64,000 nt of DNA from contig NC_043013.1 of the NCBI RefSeq assembly GCF_006345805.1, positions 56,854,001 through 56,918,000 on the forward strand, given 5' to 3'. The notes under the pieces are model-generated. The model was not told the DNA's origin. It made no database searches and worked only from the letters and a program-made list of their open reading frames with translations. Positions 1-14,159 of this stretch are shown here, in pieces. Both the position numbers and the translations under genes were made by a program. This DNA is from Octopus sinensis. Taxonomy: Eukaryota. Numbering within the stretch: the stretch's first letter is position 1; each line of letters starts with the position of its first letter.

Positions 1-1364
1 GATTCTCCACAGAAATAAACCAATTACAGAATATAAAGAACTTGTAATTTGTCAATTTGAGTGACATAATCAAGCCTTTAATCATTATATAATATTGCAG
101 TTAATTTTAATATGATGTTGTTTTTGGGTGAACCAACTGAGAAATAAAAATATTATGATTAATCAGAGAAAACAAATCTAATTTATATTTTACTCCAGTC
201 GAGTGAAAAAAACAGATATTTATTGATCTCACCGAAACAAAAAATATTAAAGAAGCAGTTTTAATTTAAAGTGTTACACAAATTAAGCAGTTTTAAGCTT
301 CTTTTATTTCTCTTCTTATTCGAGTCAGCATCTTTTTGTTTTTGTTTTAAAGCTATTCGTTGCATTCTCTAATTAGTTTCTGAAGCTCACCTTGTAAAGA
401 ACTGAAGCTAAGCTCTCTGTCATCCAGAATGTTTAATACTTAATTTAGTAAATAAATTCTGCAATTGAAAATAAGAAGTAAATTATTCACAAAGTAATTT
501 AACAGAAAATTAAATTTTTATATCCAGACAATTCTGTTTCTGACTTCAGAACTTTATTCACTGAGTAAAAGCTTCATAGCAGAAATTTGAGCAAGAAACT
601 TGTTTAACACCTAAACACGTATAAACACATGAACTTTCCCAGTTATTTTGTTTTAAATATTTCCCCTTAAAGAGAAATTTTCCATTCAACTTGAACCCAG
701 GAATAGGATCTTTAGTTCCAAATATTTTTTGTCTTGGTTTTTGATACATTTCTGTGAAATAACTTTCGAGAACAGAAGAGAATTTATGCCCATTTCATAT
801 GTTGTAGTTCTTGGTTCATTCCTGTGGCCCAAGGATTATGTAATATGGAAACAGGATGCTATTTTTATATGGGTTGATGGTGGAAGAAGAAGTGGGAATC
901 TTCCAAGACATTTTTCAAGGTCTCTACCACTAATAGTAAGAAGGAAAGGAACGAGTTATTCACAGACTGAACCCCTGGCATAAATACTTGACCACTCAAG
1001 CATTTATGGACTCTCCTAATATATTTGGGGTTCAGGAAGTAGGGGTGGTTAATCATTCTGTGGTACATTTTACCATTCATCCTTTCATCAAAAACTCATT
1101 GAAATCAACAGAGATAAAACAGACTTCAACCATTGAAACAACATCATCAGTTCAGGTGTGGTTTGGTTGCATTTCATGCCACTCTCACCACGGGACACCA
1201 AAAGCAAGAAAGAATTTTAAAACAATCCAACATGGTGGTCTAGGGAAACAGGAACAATATGAGATGGAGATGCCCTGTGGTATTTGTTTTTATGCTTTAT
1301 ATTCTCAGTTCAAATCCCTCAGTCACCAGTATGCTTAATCCATCGCTTTGCTTCACACCAACAT

Positions 1365-1390
1365 CTAACCCTAACTCTAACCCTAACCCT
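1365..1390 (+). repeat. Short interstitial telomere-like repeat, about 4 units of CCCTAA (one variant)
   Basis: ctaaccctaactctaaccctaaccct read directly. Confidence 0.7.
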
Positions 1391-2810
1391 CTCGCTCCGG
1401 TGGCACACCTTCCACTGGAGGAGCATCGGAGTCAGTCGGCGGCACAGCGATATCCACCGGCCATCTCCCGTTTCTCTTCCTGCACTCTTTCCTTATTACG
1501 GGTGCAGGAGTCGGAGCCTCCACCGGCACACCTGGGGGCGGGTCCTCCTCCTCCCCTGCAACCTGTGCGTCTGTTGGTGAGCAACAATTGTTGCTCACCT
1601 TTCTTTTCCTTCTCGTTGAGGCCGATGCCTCAATGACTTCTGCCGTTTCTCCTTGCAATGGGAGAGCGGAGGACACCTTCACCTTTCCCTGCTCCAGGAC
1701 CTTACCACGGCCCCGGGAGCAGTCCTTCTTAATGTGACCTGACTCCAGGCACGAGTGACACGGGGGGGGGGGCGACCCTCAAGTATCACTGGATACCTTG
1801 AGCCATTCATTCTTAAAAAGTCCGGGAAAGTCATTTCACCCGCGGGAACAGGGTCCATAGGGTCAAAGTTACCTTTGCACCCTCCCAGTCGACCGCAGGC
1901 TTTATCTCTATATTTAAAAGCCTGGGCCCGCTATCCCCCAGGCCCCGCCGGATGGCATCTGCAATCCACCCCGCTTCGGTGCCCGGAGGAGACTACATAC
2001 CCAGGCCCTTATTACCTTCTTCCCACGATATGTGGGAAGAAACAAAATCTCCTCCCCTTCCATGGGCTGGCCTGCCACAGTGCAAGCCTCCTCAGGAGCG
2101 TCAAAAACTAGTCCACACCGTGGCGTATTTGACACCCCTGGTTACATAATAATTTTTAGCTGGCAAACATTTTGCCAGGTCTCTATTAATAATACCCTTG
2201 TCGATGGTCTCACGTGACTTAGAATAGGTCTGTAGTACCACCGTCCTTCTCTCAAGGTTTTCAATCCATTGCTTAAGTGGGACCACCTCCCATTCTAAGG
2301 CACTTTTTGCATTTGCCATGTTTAAAAGTCAATTCAAAAGAAGAAGGAAAGTCCAAAAAGAAAATAAATAAGTCAGTTAAAAAAATATAAAAATAAAATT
2401 TAAAAGAAACGCAAAAACAGCTCCAAAAAGAAAGAAAAAAAAACAGAAGGATAGAGAAAAGAAAAACAGTTCACACAGCAAACATCAATGGCCAACAGGT
2501 ACTCCTGGCCAACTTCGTAGGTTCAATGGAAATCCAACAAGTTTCAATGGCAAAGTCCAGTAAGTTCCCCCCAATACAACAAAACAACAAAGAGCAGCCA
2601 CCGGCCGCAGGCAGAATTGCCTCGGAGCTGGGCGAAATTTATCAACAAACAAACAATTACTATTTGACAAATTACACCCAACTCAAACGAAAACAAAACC
2701 ACCTCAACGAGTTTATGCTGCTGTTGTTCTATTTTCTTTCAGTTCAATATTGGACGGAGAAAACACACTCACGTCCACCTTGGTTCACTGTAATAAGCAA
2801 CACCAACGCG
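1383..2810 (-). mobile_element. Degenerate 5' portion (5'UTR + ORF1) of a Tx1/L1-like LINE, 3'-truncated
   Basis: Frameshifted ORF1 pieces (2101-2319, 1914-2135, 1383-1682) align by eye to the ORF1 at 34745-36656: DLAKC..YVTRG..YATV..F..PEEA vs DIEKC..YINWG.QFNTV.V.F..QEEA, and LPDFLRMNG..VILEGRPP followed by zinc knuckle CHSCLESGHIKKDC. Confidence 0.75.
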
Positions 2811-2928
2811 CATGTGTGGGAAGCAAGGTACTTACCACACAGCCATTCCTGAGCCTATAAACAAACATACATACACATATAAATACTTACACATTTAAAG
2901 CCACATACATAGGCACATGTTTTCATAA

Positions 2929-4663
<1,735 letters not shown>

Positions 4664-4671
4664 ACATTATC

Positions 4672-4990
4672 ATCATCATCGTTTAATATATGTTTTCTAT
4701 GCTGGCATGGGTGGATGGTTTGACTGAGGTCTAGAGAGCTAGCAGCTGCACCAGGTTTCAATCTGATCTGGCAATGTTTCTACAGCTAGATGTCCGTCCT
4801 GACGCCAACCACTCTGAGAGTGTAGTGGGCACTTTTTATTTGCCACTGGCACAGGAGCCAGTCAGGTGGGCCTGGCATTGATCACATTTGGATGGTGCTT
4901 TTTATGTGCCGGTGGCACAGGATCCAGTCAGGCTGACCTGGCATCTACCATGTTTGGATGGTACTTTTTATGCATCACTGGCATGATAAC
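4672..4990 (-). mobile_element. SINE-like non-autonomous element with RTE-type 3' tail and ~60-bp internal repeats
   Basis: Same family as 59213-59535 (+); ends CCATGCC/TAGCAT..AAACGATGATGATG. Confidence 0.7.
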
Positions 4991-5074
4991 GCTTAACACC
5001 TAAAGTTATACCTACAAATACACAACATTGTCTGGATATACGATATATTTATATATGACCAAATGCTTCAAGAA

Positions 5075-5620
5075 GAGACCATAAACCTATGTTTCATCAC
5101 CGGTGGTGATGGTCCTCTTGGAGTCTGGGCTGCAGTTTGCACCGTCCACCTTGTCCTGGGTGATTTCCATGCAGAATTGCTTTGGCTACTTCACTGCCAC
5201 CTTTAGGATGAATTTCATTGACACTCTCAGAATGCACAAAATCTCCATCAAAATAGAGCACACTAATCTTGTGCTTATTTCTACTTTGTGGGCAGTTTTC
5301 TGGATTGTTACACGATGGTCTGCCATGACTATTCACTGAACCCTTTCTATCAGCTCCTTGTTTTGGTCTGTGGATGGCCTGTCTGAGTATGCCTCACTCT
5401 CCCACTGAGATGCAGTCATGTTTGAAACAGTCGTACCTTTCTGAGTTTTGCCAATGGCATCATCGCCAAAAGTCTGCTGCATCTTCTGGATGGGTTAAGC
5501 TTGAGAATCACCAAGATTTTGACAAAACTTGAAGCAATATTTCTGCTTCAGGCATTTAGTGAAAATGAAAATCTGATAAGTGCACACCACACTCTAGGCA
5601 TAACAGCCAGTAACTGACAT
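5075..5620 (-). pseudogene. Degenerate mariner (Tc1/mariner) transposase fragment
   Basis: Minus-strand translation with stops: DRPST..IERVQ.IVMADHRVTIQKTAHKVEIS..ILMEIL..VSMKFI..IITGDET*VYG (helix-turn-helix region and first catalytic Asp). Confidence 0.75.
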
Positions 5621-6777
5621 AGCCTACTCACACAAAAATTTGCAGACAAGTGCAGAAAGAGTGGACATACCTCCCACTCAAAGGTTTTTCCCCATGCAGC
5701 ATTGGTTTTGGCAAAAAAATATTAAGTTGGATACAATTTGAATGCATCTTCTATATATACATACAATGTATGTATGTATGAATGGATGGGTGGATAGATT
5801 GATGGAGTTAGTTAGGGTAAATCTAGGCTGTTTCTTCTGAAGTAGACTTGCTTATTCCATTCTTGCAATCCGATATGTAGTCTCAGTTGCTGCTGTGTGT
5901 TAGTCAAAATGCACATCAAAGCTGAGAATTATGGAAATATTATTTGCAGAGTTATTTTATAACAAAACAGGAAAGGGGAAACTTTTTCCGGCATTATTTA
6001 TTCACCATTACACGTGTTTCATTTTCAAATAAGAATCAAAGTTTGACATGTTAGATAGACATGTAAGGAAGTTCCTATTGCAGATTGTTCAGACGGGAAA
6101 GTTAAGTAATGAAGCATTTATATTTAGTGAGTAAATGGGAGCTGCACAAACAGCCCCAGGGAAGGAAGAAAATCAAGGGATGCAGACACACACTGGCATG
6201 CAACAGATATATATGTACATATGCACAGATATACAAACACACACATACATATATATTCACACAAACACATACATATATATATGTACATACACACAAATAT
6301 AATACACACTCAGAGAAGCCAAGATAAAATCTAGATGCATTGTAGATGTACTTTTGACACAACAAAATTGTTTATAGGGATATATATATATATAAGATAT
6401 ATATATATCAAAACATACAAATAAATAATAAAGTCTTTGTAATTCCTACTAGCAAATGAAACAAGTGGAATGGTGAATGAATGATACAAAAATAATTTTC
6501 TAATTTCCTGTCTTGTTATATATATATACAAGAAGCTGTTAGGATAAATGAGTAGATATGTCTAAAATTTGAGAAGAATAAAGCTCCCAAAAGCAGGAAA
6601 GTACTGTGTGTGTATATATATATATATGTACACACATGTCTTTGTAAATGTGTCAATATATATATATATATATATACATGCACACATTCACACACACATT
6701 TACATACATATGCAGACAAAAACATACAGACCACATAGAGACAAACATTAGTACACACACACCAACATATATACATT

Positions 6778-6829
<52 letters not shown>

Positions 6830-7198
6830 AATGTATATATGTTGGTGTGTGTGTACTAATTTTTGTCTCTATGTGGTCTGTATGTATATTACTGCGTGTA
6901 AGAGTATACAGTTGTGTGAGTATGGTCGTTTATTTCTCCATATGTTAATGTTTATGTGTATGTGCTTCCATATAGATTTGAGTATTGTTTTAGTTTCATT
7001 ACAGTTTATTGAGATTAGAAAGTATTTTGAATTCTTTTCACCTTTTAGCCGTATTTGAAAACAGCTGTAATTCAATATTGTCTCTGCCTTGAATCCTTAT
7101 AAGTTCAACTATTGAATCCATTCATATTATTTTTTTATATGTATATACACACACATTCATACACACACACACATATATATAATATAATATAATATATA

Positions 7199-7737
<539 letters not shown>

Positions 7738-7758
7738 ACATATATGTATATATATATG

Positions 7759-7830
<72 letters not shown>

Positions 7831-8200
7831 TATATATATATGTATATATGTAGCAATGGTAATAGTAATGATAGTAATATTAATGTAACTTAATATAAGG
7901 AATTCTTGACTTTGTATATCTGCATTTGAATATAGATATGTGTATGTTTCTATATTGTTTCTATATTGTAATATTCTAATATATTGTTGTGACCAACTGT
8001 AACCTTGAATATAGAACATATGTATGTATATTGCTGTATATTATTATTATATTATATATATGTATATATATATCTATAGGAGTATGGATATATGCACTCA
8101 TATGTATGTGTATATTATATTATATATTATGGGTATGTACCCGCTCTTGTATGGGTGTACCTCCTCTGATTTTCATATTTAATTTAGTTTGTTCTTCATA

Positions 8201-8327
8201 ATCTCTGAAGAGAATTTGGGATATTTTTATAAGTGTCTCATTTATAACTACATATTAACCTATCACACATGGCTAATATGAGCACAGTGAGGCACCCTTA
8301 TCTGCATGGCTGAAACAGCTGTAAGAT
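8201..8327 (+). ncRNA. Hammerhead-like motif with ~100-nt expanded stem II in a PLE remnant
   Basis: AUCU CUGAAGA [~100 nt] GAAAC-AGCU-GUA AGAU: complementary stem I (AUCU/AGAU), intact core, palindromic stem III ACAGCUGU. Confidence 0.45.
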
Positions 8328-8549
8328 GTAGTTTATATTTATATTTGTATATTTATATTTGTATTTATTTATATTCACCTATACATACTGTACTTATATC
8401 TTATTACTCATTGATGTACATTGTTTTGTTCTATATTATTATGTTTGACCTTAATGTTCATATGTAGTGGTTTAATAAATTATGTGATTGGGCATTATCT
8501 GGTAGTTGATTATTGATTAAGATGTATTTCTCCATTTCCTTATTTTGCA

Positions 8550-8613
<64 letters not shown>

Positions 8614-8790
8614 GTTCCGTTTTCAGCAGAGAAAGACGTGATTGCCTTTGCTCTGTGAAAAAGTTTGCATAGAACGGCGAAATAACCCACTGTAGTTGCA
8701 AAACGTAAAACTCTAAGTCATAGAGATCACTACAACACTTTGTTTTAAAAATATTTAAAAAATATATATATAAATATATACATATACACA

Positions 8791-9369
8791 GTAATTTTCA
8801 TTATCGCCGAAACGCACATGGTGCAAAAATAACTGAATTAAGTTATCTCCTGCAAGAAAGAAAAAAGAAGCATCTCTCCTGAAAAAATCCCGTAAACCAA
8901 AAAAAAAAATAATCCAGACCACATTGTTGGATTAAGTATCAATTTCATCTATTACATATTTTATTTATTATTCTATTTTATCTTTCACTTAGGCCCACAT
9001 CTTAGTTAAAGTTGCGATCGTCATTTTGTTTGTTTACATTTTCAATAACTGTTCTCGATATAATAATTTTCTAATTATAGTAATTTTCATTTTCGCCGAA
9101 ACGCACATGGTGCAAAAATAACTGAATCAAGTTATCTCCTGCAAGAAAGAAAAAAGAAGCATCTCTCCTGAAAAAAATCCCGTAAACCAAAAAAATAATC
9201 CAGACCACATTGTTGGATTAAGTATCAATTTCATCTATTTCATATTTTATTTAATATTTTATTTATTATTCTATTTTATCTTTCACTTAGGCCCACATCT
9301 TAGTTAAAGTTGCGATCGTCATTTTGTTTGTTTACATTTTCAATAACTGTTCTCGATATAATAATTTTC
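8791..9369 (+). repeat. Direct tandem duplication of ~280 bp (8791-9071 and 9080-9369)
   Basis: Both copies start GTAATTTTCATT..CGCCGAAACGCACATGG and end CTGTTCTCGATATAATAATTTTC. Confidence 0.9.
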
Positions 9370-10245
9370 CAGATACTCTATCTTCTAATTAGCCTTAAGA
9401 TTAAATTAAATAACGTTTAATATTGATACCGTCAAATTAGCCTTAGGATTAAATTAAATAACGTTTAATATTGTTTAATATTGTTAATAATTATTGTTAA
9501 TTAGCCTTAAGATTAAATTAAATAACGTTTAATATTGTCTCAATATTGTTAATAATTTTTCAGATACTCTATCTTCTAATTAGCCTTAAGATTAAATTAA
9601 ATAACGTTTAATATTAAAAACGTCTAATTAGCCTTAGGATTAAATTAAATAACGTTTAATATTGTTTAATATTGTTAATAATTATTGTTAATTAGCCTTA
9701 AGATTAAATTAAATAACGTTTAATATTGTTTTAATATTGTTAATAATTCTTCAGATACTCTATCTTCTAATTAGCCTTAAGATTAAATTAAATAACGTTT
9801 AATATTACCCACACTCTAATATAATATTAACATTGCTAATATATTTTCAGATACTCTATCTCCTGATTAGCCTTAAGATTAAATAACGTTTTTATCCACA
9901 CTCTAATATAATATTAATATTGCTAATATATTTTCAGATACTCTATCTTCTAATTAGCCTTAAGATTAAATTAAATAACGTTTAATATTACCCACACTCT
10001 AATATAATATTAATATTGCTAATATATTTTCAGATACTCTATCTCCTAATTAGCCTTAAGATTAAACAACGTTTTTATCCACACTCTAATATAATATTAA
10101 TATTGCTAATACATTTTCAGATACTCTATCCCCTAATTAGCCTTAAGATTAAATAACGTTTTTACCCAAATAACGTTTTTACACAAACTTTAATATTGTT
10201 AATATTTCTTTTTCAAGTACTCTATCTTCTAATTAGCCTTAATAT
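9370..10245 (+). repeat. AT-rich higher-order tandem array: two 191-bp units, then alternating 96/87-bp units
   Basis: CAGATACTCTATC anchors at 9370, 9561, 9752, 9848, 9935, 10031, 10118 and ~10214; shared subunit AATTAGCCTTAAGATTAAATTAAATAACGTTTAATATT. Confidence 0.9.
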
Positions 10246-10303
10246 CTTCCTGTCTTCTCTCGAACATAATTAGATAGATAAACGGATAGACGGATTATCC
10301 AGC

Positions 10304-11212
10304 ATGTCCAGAGCATGGAGACGTGACGAGCTGGATTTATTTGTACGAGCATGGGAGTGCGCCGGCGGAGATAGCCCTAGGGAGGTGATTGCGGCTGCGC
10401 TGAAGAGCAGAGGCTACAAGAGGACAGCGGCTCAGATGGAGCGAAAGAGACGGGAATTCGTGCGCTCATATGCGCTTGTACGGTCGCACATTGGCGCACT
10501 TGATGCCATCTTTGAGAACGAGCGGAGCAAAGATGGCAAGAATGGAGACGATGAAAGAAGTCACCCCCACCTGGTGGACGCCCGGGAGGAGGTTTTGAAT
10601 GAGAAACCTGCCCGGGAAGTGAACCCAGGTGCAAGTTCTCCAACCGGCAGCAAGGGCCATGGAGACGGAGAACCCGGTGAAGAGGTAGAGGGAGGAAGAA
10701 GAACTAAAAGAAGGACTGGAAGAGCTAAAGGAAAAGAAAAAGCTCAAGCAGGACCAAAGAGTGAAACAACCAGAAATAGAAGTGGAACCGCAAAGGATGG
10801 AACCAAACAGCGCACACGGGTGTGTATGTTCTACCTGAGAGGTTCCTGCTGGCATGGAAAGGAAGGTGCAGGCTGCCGCTTTGCACATCGGGGACCCTGC
10901 CACAGAGACACGAGGCAGATGGACAAACCATCAACACAAAGAAAAGGGATGGACCACGCACCACCTGCCCCAAAGCGGAAGTACGCAGATGTTGTGCGCG
11001 CCACAAACAGCCAACATGATGTCGAAAGAGCAGCTGCTGAGCAACAATCTTTTTTGTGCATGGCACAAAAGATTGTGCAGCAGCTGACCTGGCTTCATCA
11101 AACCCAAGCCCGCAGGTGGGACTACCCACTATATACCAGACCACCACAGCAAACAGACACAGGATGGACACCGCCGGCAACAACGTACACCTCACCTCGA
11201 TACTCCTACTGA
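10304..11212 (+). CDS. LINE ORF1 (302 aa): N-terminal Myb/SANT-like trihelix domain plus CCCH zinc finger
   Basis: WRRDELDLFVRAW..IAAALKSRGYKRTAAQMERKRREFVRSY matches the trihelix/Myb_DNA-bind_4 pattern; CMFYLRGSCWHGKEGAGCRFAH is C-x7-C-x9-C-x3-H. Confidence 0.8.
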   Translation: MSRAWRRDELDLFVRAWECAGGDSPREVIAAALKSRGYKRTAAQMERKRREFVRSYALVRSHIGALDAIFENERSKDGKNGDDERSHPHLVDAREEVLNEKPAREVNPGASSPTGSKGHGDGEPGEEVEGGRRTKRRTGRAKGKEKAQAGPKSETTRNRSGTAKDGTKQRTRVCMFYLRGSCWHGKEGAGCRFAHRGPCHRDTRQMDKPSTQRKGMDHAPPAPKRKYADVVRATNSQHDVERAAAEQQSFLCMAQKIVQQLTWLHQTQARRWDYPLYTRPPQQTDTGWTPPATTYTSPRYSY

Positions 11213-14159
11213 ACATCAGAGGACTGCAAACACTCAGTAACAGGACAAAGATCCCGTTCCTGAGAGACTTTGTTGCATGCAATCAAGCCTTATGCATAGC
11301 ACTTACAGAAACGCACCTGAAACCGGACATAGCAGATGCGGAGTTACACATACCACAGTATGCTGTACTACGGACCGACAGGAAAGAAAGGAGTCATGGA
11401 GGTGTTGCTATGTACATCCGTGAGGACCTCACACCCCAGGTCCTCTTGTCATACTCAAACTCGGTGTGTGACACACTAATTGTACATATTAGGCAACTTG
11501 ATGTAGTTGTGTGTGCTACATATCGCCCTCCAGATGCCCCAAGCCATGTGGGCAAGTTTGAAGACTGCCTTATAAAAATAGAAGAAATTCTAACCACATT
11601 AGAACAACACATAGGTGTGCTTCTTATGGGAGACTTCAATCTGCCCAATGTCAGATGGCCCGAGGGCCTTTCTCTCCCAGGAATGACAAGATGTGAACGA
11701 GGACAGGCGAGGTCCCTCCTGAACCTCATCAACACCCTGTACATGGAGCAGGTAATACTCCAACCAACCAGGGCAGGAAACACACTGGATCTCTGCTTCA
11801 CAAATGACATGGATCTCATCCATAATGTGAAAGTGACACCGACACTACTCTCGGATCACAACATGATAGAACTGACCATGTACGGGCCAAAAGAGAGCAC
11901 GGACATGCAGCCTACAAGAAACCCTCAGAATCTTTCCAGCTTGAACTACCATAAGGCAAACTGGAAACAAATTGAGAAAGAGATCCTCAAACAAAACTGG
12001 CCTAAATGTCTCTCCTCGCCAGACATCGACGTGAAACTTCAACAATTCATGTCTGTAATGCAAGCCATATGCTACAAATGTGTCCCAGAGAGAAAGGCCA
12101 CTGTACACAAGAACAAAATCCCCAGAGAGAGGAAAATTTTAATGAGACGGCGTACAAAATTTTCAAATCGCCTAAACAAACAGATTAAAAGCAGTGAAAA
12201 GTCCCGCCTAAAAATAAAACTGTTGGAAATCGAAAAATGTCTGCAACTCTCCCATGAAAAAGAAAGAGCAGACAGAGAAGCCTGGGCTATAGAAAACATA
12301 AAATCTAACCCCAGAGCTTTCTACAGGTATGCCAAAGAAACAGCTACAGTGCACTGTAGAATAGGGCCACTCCTCGAAAAGGATGGCACACTTACAGGAA
12401 AACCAATGAGGGTAAGTGAAATACTGAATGAGCAATTCAAGAGTGTTTTCACTCCACCCCTTGGGCATCTCCAAATCACCAATCCAACTGACTTTTTTAA
12501 CACTGCAGATATAAAATCAGAGGCGGCGACGATAGATTACATCGATATAAAGGAAGAAGATGTAACCAAGGCTATAGATGAAATGAAAACAGACTCAGCT
12601 ACTGGCCCCGATGGATTCCCGGCAATCCTCCTAAAAGCATGTAAGAGAGTCCTAGCAAGACCACTGCAGTTCCTCTTTCAGAGCTTCCTTGCAGCTGGCA
12701 AACTTCCAGGAAAACTGAAGGAAGGTAAAATATGCCCCATTCATAAAGGAGGTAGCAGAGCGGAAGCCAAGAACTATAGACCTATCTCTCTGACCTCACA
12801 CATCAGCAAGGTCATGGAACGAATAGTCAGAAGGAAGCTGATCACCTTCCTTGAAGAGAATGACTTGCTGCCCGACACCCAACATGGTTTCTTCCAGGGA
12901 GAAGCTGTTTAACTCAGCTCCTACAACACTATGACTGGGTGCTGAAACGGCTGCTCAACCACTCAAATGTGGAAGTGATATATCTCGACTTTGCAAAGGC
13001 CTTTGATAAAGTCGATCATGGAATGATATGTCACAAACTGCGTGATCTCAACATAGTTGGAAAACTGGGAGAATGGCTTCATGACTTTCTGAAGGATAGA
13101 AGTCAGGTGGTAGTAGCCAATGGGGCCACCTCCATTAACACACAAATAGTGAGCGGTGTTCCGCAGGGCACTGTTCTGGGACCACTACTGTTCATAATGG
13201 CCCTCTCAGACATGCCCTCAGCCACGCAGAGAGCCACGATCACAAGTTATGCAGATGATACAAAAGTTTCACAGGCAATACAGAACCCTGAGGACACTAA
13301 ACACCTGCAATGTGAGCTGGACGAAATATACAAGTGGGCTGAAAAGAATAGCATGCAGTTCAATGCTGGAAAGTTTCAAGCTTTATACTATCAGCATGCA
13401 AAACTGAATGCAATACCCAATGAATACACTGGACCCGGAGGGATTGCAATCCCAGAGGCACAATCAGTGCGTGACCTGGGTATTCACATGAGTGATGACG
13501 CGACCTTTCATGTACATGTTGCTAAACTGACACTGAAATGTAGACGGCTGGCTGGATGGATTCTTAGAACCTTTAGAACAAGAGAACAAGAAACCATGAT
13601 GGTCCTCTGGAAGACACTTGTCCTAAGCCACTTTGACTATTGCTCTCAGCTATGGTCACCATCCAGTGTCAAGTTGATCACAGAACTTGAGGCGACCCAA
13701 CGAAGCTACACAAAGAAGATAGCCTCTATGCAGAATGTAAGCTACTGGGAAAGACTCAAGAGATTAAAATTATATTCCCTGGAGCGTAGGCGGGAAAGAT
13801 ATGCCATAATATACATCTGGAAGATCCTGGAGGGAAGTGTCCTGAACTTTGGCATCGAGAGTTACGCAAATGCCAGAACTGGGCGCCACTGCGTGGTGCC
13901 TAGGACTCCAAACTTGCCATCAAGATGTAGGACAAGATTCTGTGATAGCCTGGGCTTCCGAGGCCCACAGCTCTTCAATATCCTCCCGAAGAACCTGAGA
14001 GACCTGCATGGGGTGGATGCAGATGTCTTTAAAATGAAGCTGGATCTCTTCCTGTCAGGTGTCCCAGATGAACCAACTTCACGGCAGGAGGGGCAGATGA
14101 GGGCAGCTGCATCGAACTCTCTCATGCACCAAATGGCAGTTGCTAGAAAGCTTTCGTGA
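11163..14159 (+). pseudogene. LINE ORF2 (APE endonuclease + reverse transcriptase) with one frameshift near 12893
   Basis: EN motifs LLNIRGL, ALTETHL, GGVAMY, MGDFN, SDHN; RT motifs YRPISLTS, QHGF, YLDFAKAFD, GVPQGTVLGPLLF, YADDTK; C-terminal YSLERRRER. Restoring one base gives QHGFxPGRSCLTQLL. Confidence 0.93.

Noticed and set aside
558-1340. Overlapping short ORFs that look like decayed coding sequence
   Set aside because: No motif recognised in any frame and many stops; needs a tBLASTn/HMM search.
9370-10245. CRISPR-like look of the regularly spaced repeats
   Set aside because: The intervening sequences are themselves repeated, there are no unique spacers or cas genes, and the context is eukaryotic.
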